Positions 27,490 through 36,121 of a stretch of DNA of 64,000 nt are shown in pieces. Under the pieces are notes generated by a model. It did not search any database. It had not been told where the DNA came from and saw nothing but the letters and a program-made list of their open reading frames with translations. The stretch is taken from positions 1,920,001 through 1,984,000 of the forward strand of contig OY761611.1 in NCBI GenBank assembly GCA_963664875.1, read 5' to 3'. Origin of the DNA: Candidatus Kapaibacterium sp. Lineage in GTDB: Bacteria; Bacteroidota; Ignavibacteria; Kapaibacteriales; UBA2268. The translations under genes were made by a program, and so were the position numbers. Position 1 is the stretch's first letter; every line of letters starts with the position of its first letter.

Positions 27490-30400
27490 TTATTGGATAA
27501 TTCTCCAAGCACCATTGATGTACAAGCATTTAACTGTTTGTTGAGTTGCAACACCAGTACCTAATACTGTAATTGCACCAGCAGAACCACCAATTGCTGC
27601 ATTGTTGTAGATATAAAGGATTTTACCATCTTGACCTGCAGGGAAATTAGCTGAGATAAATGCAGCACCGTCACCACCATTATAAGTAAGAACAGTTTGA
27701 TTAGCAGCAGCTAAAGTTGCAATTGAGTTAAATGAACCAGTTGACAATTGTATGTGACCATCCATAATGCGCAAAGCTTGACCTGTAGCATGAGTTGAAG
27801 TAATTTGCAACGCATCTCCTTGATCAGCTTGAATAATAGCTCCAATTCCAGTACCAGTGTTAGTACCATCAGTTGCATCAACATTTAATGCAGTACCTGC
27901 ACCTGTTACATATGCATTAACTGCAGTACCAGTAGTTGCAGTAGCATTTACCGCCATACCAGTAGATGCAGAAGCACTGATTGCTTGTCCAGCAGCAGCA
28001 AGGTTGGTTGCAGCAATTGCTTGGGTACCTGCACCAGTAGAAGTTGCTACGATTGAAGGATTCGCAAGAGAATTAATTGTTACAGTGTTATTGAACGTAG
28101 AAGTACTACCTACAGCCAAAGTACCAGTAGTTGCAACGTTACCAGTAGTAGCAGCAACAGTGAACTGAGTAGTAGATAAAGAATTACCAGTAATAGCACC
28201 AGAAGCAGTAACAGCACCAGTATTTGCATCTAGAACTACAGAACCAACACCGTCAGTTACAGTAAGATCTGAATCAAAAGTAGTTGCACCGTTAACACCA
28301 CCAGGTAAAGCAACAGCACCAGTGAATGAAGAAGTACCAGCAACAGTGAAGTCAGTAACAGCAGCAGCATCAGAAACTACTACACCACCAACGATACCGC
28401 CAGTAAGAGTAGAAGCACCTGTTACCTCTAGAGTACCACCAACTGTAGTATTACCAGTTACACCTAATGTGCTACCTAAAGTAGTTGCTCCAGTTACACC
28501 CAATGTATTGTTTACTTGAGTTGCACCAGCTACAGTCAATGCATCACCTAAAGTAGTTGCACCTGTTACACCTAATGTACTACCTAAAGTAGCAGCACCT
28601 GTTGCACCAAATGTATTATTTACTTGAGTTGCACCAGCTACAGTCAAAGTGTTGCCTAAAGTAGTTGCACCTGTTACACCCAATGTGTTACCTAAGGTAG
28701 TTGCACCTGTTACACCTAATGTACCAGAGAAAGTACCATTCGCAGCATTTACATCAGCCATAGTAGCTGTACCAGTTACACCCAAAGTGTTATTGATTTG
28801 AGTTGCACCAGCTACAGTCAAAGTGTTACCTAAAGTAGTAGCACCGGTTACACCTAATGTATTGTTGATTTGAGTTGCACCATTAAGAGTAGTTGCACCA
28901 GCTACTGACAAGTTAGCAGCAAAGCTACCATTACCAGTTACGCCTAATGTACCACCGATAGTAGTGTTACCATCAACATTTAAAGTAGCGTTTAATTCTG
29001 TGTGACCGTCAACATTAACTGTACCATCTACGTCGAAATCTGAAGTAGCACCGATTAAGTTAACATCACCATCGTAATTAGTAGTACCAGTTACAGTGAT
29101 TACGTCAGCAGCGTCGTTACCAAGAGCAACGTTAGCGTTAGCAGCTAAATCACCAGTTAAAGTAGTTGCACCAGTTACAGCTAAAGTGTTACCTAAAGTA
29201 GTTGCACCAGTTACGCCTAAAGTACCACCGAAAGAACCGTTACCAGAGAATGTACCATCTACTGCACCAACGTTACCAGTGAATGTACCATTTACAGCAC
29301 CAAGGTTACCAGTAAGAGTTGCATTTACTGCACCAACGTTACCGGAGAAGTTACCATCTACTGCACCAACGTTACCAGTGAATGTACCATTTACAGCACC
29401 AAGGTTACCAGTAAGAGTTGCATTTACTGCTGAGATATCACCAGTTGCAGCAATATTACCAGTTACATTTAAGCCTGCACCAGCTGTTACTAAACCAGTA
29501 AAATTACCAGTAGTAGCATTCAATGTACCACCTACGAAATTACCGTTAAATTGGTTCGCAGTTACATGACCGTTAGAAGCATCCAAAAGAATTTGATTTG
29601 GTGCAGTACCAACTGTCAAGTTACCGGATACAGTAAGAGCACCGATAGTTGCATCATTTACAGTCAAATCAGCAGTACCATCAAGAGCACCAGTGATTTG
29701 AGCAGTAAGAGCTTGAAGCAAACCTGTCAATGTAGCATTAGTAGCATTAACATCTGTAGCATTAACATCTGTAGCATTAACAGTTGTAATGTTACCAGTT
29801 GTAGAGTTTACTGTAGTGATATTACCAGTAGTAGAGTTCAAAGTAGTGATAGTACCAGTGTTAGCTTGGATATCATCAACTACTAAGTTACCGTTAGGCA
29901 TATTTATTTGAGCGTTAGCGCCAAGCATGTTGATTTGTGCGTTAGCGCCATTCATAATAATCTGAGCATTTGGATTAGTTGCTGCATTGAAAGTCAAGTT
30001 TTTAGTAGTAATGTTAACATCACCATCTACTGTTAAATCTTGACCAACAGTCATATCTTGAGAGATTTGACCATTTTGAGCAGTCATCTGACCATTGATT
30101 ACAGTATTACCATTAACAGTTGCGTTACCGTTAAGAGTTGTGATACCATTTACAGTCAAAGCAGTAAGAGTAGAAGTACCATTAAAGTTACCTAAGAAAT
30201 TAGGAGCAGTTACATCTACAGTGAAAGTAGGAGCTACGTCAGTGTAAACTGTAGCAGCATCTACAATTGCTCTGTCAATAATATCATTATCAACTACATC
30301 ACCTGCTAATTGATCAACATCTAAATCGCCAGTAATGTTAGCAGCAGTACCAGATACGTTACCAGTTACATTACCAGTTAAGTTACCCCAGAACATAGGA

Positions 30401-32748
30401 GCTGTTACATCTACAGTAAAAGTAGGAGCTACATCTGTATAAACTGTAGCAGCATCTACAATTGCTCTGTCAATAATATCATTATCAACTACATCACCAA
30501 CCAATTGGTCAACATCTAAGTCACCAGTTAAGTTAGTTGCACTAGTAGCTGTTGCAGCATTACCAGTTAAGTCACCAATAAACATAGGAGCTGTTACATT
30601 AACTGTAAAAGTAGGAGCTACGTCAGTGTAAACTGTAGCAGCATCTACAATCGCTCTGTCAATAATATCATTATCAACTACATCACCAACTAATTGGTCA
30701 ACATCTAAGTCACCAGTTAATGCGATAGCTGCATCAGCAGTACCAGTCAAGTCACCAACAAAATGAGGAGCTGTTACATCATTTACAAATGTAGGAGCAA
30801 CTGCATCATAAAGAGCAACGTTAGCTGTCAAACGAGCATCAGCTAAAGTACCAGTAGTGATGTTTGTAGCATTGATATCAGTGATAGCAGCACCGTTACC
30901 TGCGAAAGTAGCAGCATTAACAGCACCTGTTACATTTGCATCACCACCAACAGTGATATCATTTGCAATTGTGAAAGAACCAGTTGAAATTTGACCAGCA
31001 ACATTTACGTTACCATCGAAATCTACATCTTTATCAAATGTAAGGTTATCGCCGGCAGCAGGAGCAGTGATAGTGATTGCTTCAGCGCCTTCGCCTACAG
31101 TGATAGTGTTAAGGATTTCTAACATGTGACCGTGAGCTGTAGAGTTCCAGTAGATATCGCCTTTAGTTACTAAAGCGATTTTACCAGGAACATTTGAAGT
31201 ATTTTCGATAACTACAGCACCAGTTGGATTTGGATTAGCCAAAGTAACCCAACCGTCAACGTTTTCGTTGTTAGCAGTGAAGTGACCTGCAACTGCAAGA
31301 CCATTGTCAGAAGTAGTAGTTACTTCCATACCTTTGTGAAGAACGTTAGCAGTAGCACCAACAACATTGTTGTCAACTTTAACGCCGGCAGTCATGTAAC
31401 CATTATCTTCACTGATATTAGTCATGAATTTAGCGCCATAAGAAGTGCCTTCCAAAGTAGTAAGGTTAGTAGTTACTAACAAAGCACCTTGAGAAGATTC
31501 GCCGTCAGTTGTACGGTCGATGTGAGCAGTTGCAACGTTATCGCCACCACCCATAACTTTCAATGCTTCACCGTTTGTATCAGTTTGAGGAACTTTTACA
31601 TAGATACCGCCGCCTTCTACATCAGTTTTAGTGATGTCGATAGCAGTAACGTTTTCAGTTGGACCATTGTGAGTAATAGGAAGAGTGAAGTTAGCATCTT
31701 TCCACATAGGAGCTTTTGCAATTGGATCCCAAGTCATTACTTGACCTTGAACAGGAACTGCATCATAAGAGAATTCCCATTTGCCATCTTTCCAGAAGAT
31801 AACCTGACCATTTACATCAGCACCGTCAACCATGTCAAGTGCAGTTGGAGCCATCCAAGCAGCATTGCCATTAGCGTCAACCATTAATTTATATCCTTCC
31901 ATCGCACCGGCAGTACTCAAGTACATAGGAGTGATAGAACCAGGAGCTACTAAATCAAGAACAGCACCCCATGCAGCAGTGCCATTAGCACCAACATACA
32001 ATACTGTACCTTCAGCAGCACCAGTAGTATTCAAGTTTTCTAAAGCTACTGCACCAAGACCAATTTTGTCAGCAGTTACTGCGCGAGGAGCAATAATTGG
32101 ATCTGGGTAAGTACCAGTCAAATCACCAGAAGCAGGACCAGATGGAGTAGTAGATACGTTAGGAGCTAACATATTCTGAGTTATACCACCATTAGGGATG
32201 TTATTTAAAACAGCTTCAGGTTTGATAGTTGGGTTAGGGTAAGTACCATCGAGGTCACCACCAGCAGCACCCATTGGAATAGCCATTACGTTAGGATCTA
32301 ACATAGCTTGAGTAACACCACCATCAACAACACCAAGAGCTACAGTTGCTGTGTCAGCCATAGAAGCTGATTTTGCCATACCTGCATAAGGTACCAAAGA
32401 CATAGCAGTTCTTGCGTATGGATCGCCACCGCCAACTGTTACTTGCAAGAAGTATTGTTTGTTGAAAGGTAAGTTAATTGGAGTAGTCTGACCCAAGTTA
32501 ACGTTGAAGTAACCTTCAGTTACTTTAACATTTTGAGTTTCAGTCCAAATTGCAGTACCACCTGCTTCGCTTTCGAAGATTTCGAAAGTCATTGAAACAT
32601 TTTGGTCTAAAGCTTTTTTGTCTTCATTTACCAATGTACCTTGGTAGTTAATTTGGTCTGGCAAATCAGCCGGTGCAGCTTGCACTCTACCAAATGGTGC
32701 TAAAACGAAGGCAACGATAAGTAAACCGAGAAGAAGAAGTCTCTTCAT
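27490..32748 (-). CDS. Secreted phage-tail-fibre-like / trimeric beta-fibre protein (1752 aa), no T9SS CTD or autotransporter barrel
   Basis: Sec signal; N-terminal module PDQINYQGTL...TFEIF...GGTAIWTETQ...GYFNVNLG...FLQVTV...SLVPYA typical of FCB fibre proteins; GGDLDGTYPNP-like motif x2; 12-aa TLGVTGATTLGN and 10-aa NGTFTGNVGA repeats; AGGAG RBS. Confidence 0.8.
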   Translation of the reverse strand: MKRLLLLGLLIVAFVLAPFGRVQAAPADLPDQINYQGTLVNEDKKALDQNVSMTFEIFESEAGGTAIWTETQNVKVTEGYFNVNLGQTTPINLPFNKQYFLQVTVGGGDPYARTAMSLVPYAGMAKSASMADTATVALGVVDGGVTQAMLDPNVMAIPMGAAGGDLDGTYPNPTIKPEAVLNNIPNGGITQNMLAPNVSTTPSGPASGDLTGTYPDPIIAPRAVTADKIGLGAVALENLNTTGAAEGTVLYVGANGTAAWGAVLDLVAPGSITPMYLSTAGAMEGYKLMVDANGNAAWMAPTALDMVDGADVNGQVIFWKDGKWEFSYDAVPVQGQVMTWDPIAKAPMWKDANFTLPITHNGPTENVTAIDITKTDVEGGGIYVKVPQTDTNGEALKVMGGGDNVATAHIDRTTDGESSQGALLVTTNLTTLEGTSYGAKFMTNISEDNGYMTAGVKVDNNVVGATANVLHKGMEVTTTSDNGLAVAGHFTANNENVDGWVTLANPNPTGAVVIENTSNVPGKIALVTKGDIYWNSTAHGHMLEILNTITVGEGAEAITITAPAAGDNLTFDKDVDFDGNVNVAGQISTGSFTIANDITVGGDANVTGAVNAATFAGNGAAITDINATNITTGTLADARLTANVALYDAVAPTFVNDVTAPHFVGDLTGTADAAIALTGDLDVDQLVGDVVDNDIIDRAIVDAATVYTDVAPTFTVNVTAPMFIGDLTGNAATATSATNLTGDLDVDQLVGDVVDNDIIDRAIVDAATVYTDVAPTFTVDVTAPMFWGNLTGNVTGNVSGTAANITGDLDVDQLAGDVVDNDIIDRAIVDAATVYTDVAPTFTVDVTAPNFLGNFNGTSTLTALTVNGITTLNGNATVNGNTVINGQMTAQNGQISQDMTVGQDLTVDGDVNITTKNLTFNAATNPNAQIIMNGANAQINMLGANAQINMPNGNLVVDDIQANTGTITTLNSTTGNITTVNSTTGNITTVNATDVNATDVNATNATLTGLLQALTAQITGALDGTADLTVNDATIGALTVSGNLTVGTAPNQILLDASNGHVTANQFNGNFVGGTLNATTGNFTGLVTAGAGLNVTGNIAATGDISAVNATLTGNLGAVNGTFTGNVGAVDGNFSGNVGAVNATLTGNLGAVNGTFTGNVGAVDGTFSGNGSFGGTLGVTGATTLGNTLAVTGATTLTGDLAANANVALGNDAADVITVTGTTNYDGDVNLIGATSDFDVDGTVNVDGHTELNATLNVDGNTTIGGTLGVTGNGSFAANLSVAGATTLNGATQINNTLGVTGATTLGNTLTVAGATQINNTLGVTGTATMADVNAANGTFSGTLGVTGATTLGNTLGVTGATTLGNTLTVAGATQVNNTFGATGAATLGSTLGVTGATTLGDALTVAGATQVNNTLGVTGATTLGSTLGVTGNTTVGGTLEVTGASTLTGGIVGGVVVSDAAAVTDFTVAGTSSFTGAVALPGGVNGATTFDSDLTVTDGVGSVVLDANTGAVTASGAITGNSLSTTQFTVAATTGNVATTGTLAVGSTSTFNNTVTINSLANPSIVATSTGAGTQAIAATNLAAAGQAISASASTGMAVNATATTGTAVNAYVTGAGTALNVDATDGTNTGTGIGAIIQADQGDALQITSTHATGQALRIMDGHIQLSTGSFNSIATLAAANQTVLTYNGGDGAAFISANFPAGQDGKILYIYNNAAIGGSAGAITVLGTGVATQQTVKCLYINGAWRIIQ
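28420..29430 (-). repeat. Intragenic 36-bp (12-aa TLxVTGATxLGN) and 30-bp (10-aa) tandem repeats of the fibre shaft
   Basis: Recurrent ACCTAAAGTAGTTGCACC(T/A)GTTACACC; 90-bp duplication at about 29250-29430. Confidence 0.85.
30200..30720 (-). repeat. Three copies of an acidic 63-65-aa unit TGDLDVDQLVGDVVDNDIIDRAIVDAATVYTDVAPTFTV
   Basis: ATCATTATCAACTACATCACC at 30283, 30478 and 30667 (spacing 195 and 189). Confidence 0.9.
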
Positions 32749-32817
32749 TACTTTGCACTCCTAAACGATGTTATACAAAAAAATCTCATTTTATTATCTA
32801 ATTTCTTATTCGAATGA

Positions 32818-33402
32818 TTATTTAGAAACAATCATAACTGTACGCACAGACTGAGTATCAAAAGTAGAAGCGCCAACAGGTCTAACTACTACTTCACACA
32901 AGTAAGAACCGCTTGCAACATCAGCGCCACTGTTATCAGTAGCATCCCATGTTTGAGAAACCATACCGGATGTTTGTCCTACGTTGAATGTTTTGATAGT
33001 TTTGCCACTCATGTCGTAGATATTGATAGTTACATCACCATAACCCGGCATTTCGTATTCGATAGTTGTGTTTTGTGCAAACGGGTTTGGAAAGTTTTTC
33101 AAACCGTCGTTTGTAATAACAACATTATCATCTACTGATGTTCCAGGTTCGCCCGGAGACCAAAAACCTTGGTACAATGTCCAGAGTTTCCCTTCAACAA
33201 CTGTACCTGCATCACGCTTGCCGATTGCAGTCTGTCCCATAACGCCGGAAAGTGTTTCCCCATTGTTATTTGAAACAGCCACCATGCCACCGGAACCGAT
33301 CACAGATCTTTCGAGAGTAATCTCTTCCTGAGCAACAGCAGAATCCGCTATAAACGGAAGTGCTATCCCACAGACCAAGATATACTTCATAATTTTTTTC
33401 AT
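32818..33402 (-). CDS. Small T9SS type A/FlgD-like CTD protein (signal peptide + ~60-aa module + CTD)
   Basis: SVIGSGG...LSGVMGQTAIG...LYQGFW module, then NFPNPFAQNTTIEY...IYDMSGKTIK...WDATDNSGADVASGSY; AGGAG RBS. Confidence 0.85.
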   Translation of the reverse strand: MKKIMKYILVCGIALPFIADSAVAQEEITLERSVIGSGGMVAVSNNNGETLSGVMGQTAIGKRDAGTVVEGKLWTLYQGFWSPGEPGTSVDDNVVITNDGLKNFPNPFAQNTTIEYEMPGYGDVTINIYDMSGKTIKTFNVGQTSGMVSQTWDATDNSGADVASGSYLCEVVVRPVGASTFDTQSVRTVMIVSK

Positions 33403-33513
33403 GTGAACACTCCTATATACTGACTATGTATATTATTGTAAATTGCTTTTTTATAACGACTTATTTATATTTCAAAGGTTTCTGTAAACCTGCTTGTATT
33501 GCTTAAGTTACAG

Positions 33514-33530
33514 TACAATAATTATGCCAA
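33514..33530 (-). promoter_or_regulatory. Putative sigma-54 (-24/-12) promoter of the small CTD protein-fibre operon
   Basis: Minus strand TTGGCATAATTATTGTA = TGGCA(T)-N5-TTG(T), about 110 nt upstream of the ATG at 33402. Confidence 0.6.
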
Positions 33531-33988
33531 AGTATTTGACGTATATTATACTACTATCCGAATCTATAATTGACAATCGGAATCGAAAACGAAATTACGA
33601 TATTTCGCCTTAAATAACAAAAAAGAATTTATTTCATCCATAAGATTTATGATAATAATTTCTCCAATTATTACATCCTGCACTCTAAATCTATATGCCT
33701 AAATGATTTATAAGTATTTACCATCTCTTAACATAATAAAATATCCTAAGCTATTTATCTATTCGACAAAAGATAAACAGCCTCAAAATCGCTTTTTTCG
33801 TCTATTTCTGATTTTTTTGAGCGGTTGCATGCCACATTACTATTTTCGGACATGTATTTGCCTTATGTGGTTTATAATTTTTTACTTCATGCTGCAAATT
33901 GAAAATAACTGAATCGCAAATGAATTCCAAAAACTTTTTTATTTTTTTGTATTTTTGTATCAAATTTCTTTACCAAACCGGAATTATA

Positions 33989-35386
33989 ATGAAACTTCAC
34001 GAGCTTATCGCACATTGCATCACCATCGATGATGCTGTTTCTCTTTCTCTCAAACCTGCTGACAGTACAATCTCTGAGTACCTCAAGCAAAACAAATCCA
34101 TTGGCAGTAAAGAACGAAAGTTTGTGATGGAACTTACTTTTTTCGGAATCAGAAATCAGATTCTTATAAATCATTTATCTCAATGTATAAATTATAATTT
34201 GCATACCCAAACAAAATTTTTTGTCGTTGCAATTTTATTGCAATCTGTTTACGATGATTCAGGTTCAGATTTATCGTTCGACAAGCTATATTATGCAATA
34301 GATAAATCATCGGAAAATAATATTATTCAGTCTTTTCAAAAATACTTCTCTAAAGATGCACTGACGACTGAATTGCTAAATAATTGGAAACTTGCAATAA
34401 TCAATAGAGTTAGAGAGCTTAATGATAAAATCGCGAACATGTGTAGCGACTCTCTTTGCTTAAGATATTCTTTTACAAAACCTTTTTACGATTTGCTAAA
34501 CACTCGATATAGTTACGAAGAAATTACTCAAATGTTCATAGCTTTATCTAAGCCTGCTGATATTTCTATCAGAGTAAACACGGTAAACACTAATATAGAT
34601 AAACTCTTTGATAGTCTTTCTACTAACTATGCAGATGGCATTATTGCAAAAAGTAAACTAATACCAAATTCTTTAAATGTTTCGGGCAGAGCTAATTTGT
34701 TGCAATCCAAAGAGTTCCAAAACGGAAGATTTGATTTTCAGGACGAAGGTAGCCAAATCATTTCTCTAATTCTTGATCCACAGGAAGGAGAAACAATTTT
34801 AGATGCATGTGCAGGAGCCGGAGGCAAAACCGTTCATATTGCTAACCTTATGAACAACAAGGGCACAATCGTAGCTACAGACACAGGACAAAAAAGGTTG
34901 AATGAAATACTCCCCAGAGCAAAAAAGGCAGGTATTAAAATCATTGAAACAGAGCTTATCAGATTAGGTTCCCGTACGCAAACCAAATACAATCAAAAAA
35001 AATACGATCGCATACTTATAGATGCTCCGTGTTCGGGCTCGGGAACTATCAGACGTGCTCCTTTTTTGAAATACAATTTCTCTAACGACAAGCTAAATGA
35101 GCTTACAAGGCGCCAGGCAGGCATTCTTCAGCATTATTCTAAATACCTCAAGCCTGGTGGTATTTTGGTATATGCTACTTGCTCAGTTTTCCCTCAGGAA
35201 AACTCTGATATTGCTCAAGCTTTTCTTGCTGCTAATGAAAACTTTGAACCTTGCCCATTACAGGGAACTTTAGACAAACATAATATCGCTGTCAGTTGCA
35301 ACACAAACTCTTCTGATTTGACTATCGTGCCCCATACATATAATACTGACGGCTTCTATGTTGCCAAATTCAGGAAAAAATTATGA
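33989..35386 (+). CDS. RsmB/NOL1/NOP2 family RNA (cytosine-C5)-methyltransferase
   Basis: FQDEGSQ, LDACAGAGGKT, LIDAPCSGSGTIRR, LVYATCS, TDGFYVAK; likely start ATG 33989 (track extends to 33899). Confidence 0.92.
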   Translation: MKLHELIAHCITIDDAVSLSLKPADSTISEYLKQNKSIGSKERKFVMELTFFGIRNQILINHLSQCINYNLHTQTKFFVVAILLQSVYDDSGSDLSFDKLYYAIDKSSENNIIQSFQKYFSKDALTTELLNNWKLAIINRVRELNDKIANMCSDSLCLRYSFTKPFYDLLNTRYSYEEITQMFIALSKPADISIRVNTVNTNIDKLFDSLSTNYADGIIAKSKLIPNSLNVSGRANLLQSKEFQNGRFDFQDEGSQIISLILDPQEGETILDACAGAGGKTVHIANLMNNKGTIVATDTGQKRLNEILPRAKKAGIKIIETELIRLGSRTQTKYNQKKYDRILIDAPCSGSGTIRRAPFLKYNFSNDKLNELTRRQAGILQHYSKYLKPGGILVYATCSVFPQENSDIAQAFLAANENFEPCPLQGTLDKHNIAVSCNTNSSDLTIVPHTYNTDGFYVAKFRKKL

Positions 35387-35979
35387 TAAAAAATCTTATA
35401 ATTGACTTTGGTGGGGTGCTCTATCAGATAGCCCCCACTAGAACACTTGACCTATTAAACAGCTATGGTGCAATAAAGCATACTTACAATGAGTTAGCTA
35501 ATATGCAGGTATTCAGAGATTATGAGACAGATAGTATCTCTTCTCAAGGATTTATTGCTTCTATAAGAGATCTGTTTGCTATTCCCATGTCTATTTCGGA
35601 TGTTCAAATCATTGAGGCATGGAATAGTACACTCGTAGGATTGTTTGAAAATATTATCAGCACTGTTAGAGAGTTAAAAAGTCGTTTTAACATAGTATTA
35701 TTGAGCAATACAAATGAATTGCACTATGACTGTTTTTTGCCTGATTGTCAAGAACTTTTCTCAATATTTGACCGATGTTTTTTTTCGCATCATATTAAGA
35801 TGAGAAAACCGGATACCTATATTTACGAATATGTCATCAATGAAATGCGGTATAAGTCTAAGGAAACTATATTCATAGACGATTCTATGCAGAATTTAGA
35901 AGGAGCAAAAAAGGCAGGGCTTGCCATTTATGCGGTAACTCCTGACACATCTGTGTCAGATTTTTTACACACTGTTTAA
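35383..35979 (+). CDS. HAD-family phosphatase (YihX-like)
   Basis: IIDFGGVL, LLSNTN, MRKPD, FIDDS motifs. Confidence 0.9.
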   Translation: MIKNLIIDFGGVLYQIAPTRTLDLLNSYGAIKHTYNELANMQVFRDYETDSISSQGFIASIRDLFAIPMSISDVQIIEAWNSTLVGLFENIISTVRELKSRFNIVLLSNTNELHYDCFLPDCQELFSIFDRCFFSHHIKMRKPDTYIYEYVINEMRYKSKETIFIDDSMQNLEGAKKAGLAIYAVTPDTSVSDFLHTV

Positions 35980-36121
35980 GCATATACACACTTTTGTTGG
36001 TTTTGTCAGATGGAACACTCTCATACAATGTAAGTTTTTAAAACTCTATCATTTTTATTTCTGCTGATAAATCCTTATCTTTATATTACTTTTATCAATA
36101 TGTCTGAAAGCACAAGAAGAT

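Noticed and set aside
27490-32748. Prophage or tailocin origin of the tail-fibre-like gene; trimeric autotransporter or ice-nucleation protein
   Set aside because: It has a Sec signal and host-like codon use, with no phage structural genes nearby, no YadA-type anchor and no InaZ AGYGST octamers
8498-33331. Many plus-strand ORFs antisense to the giant adhesin and fibre genes
   Set aside because: Shadow frames caused by biased codon usage and repeats; no RBS or recognisable domains
33899-33988. N-terminal extensions given by the ORF track (also 25187-25201, 27358-27381, 56164-56178, 59713-59739)
   Set aside because: Downstream ATGs fit RBS, signal peptide or family start better
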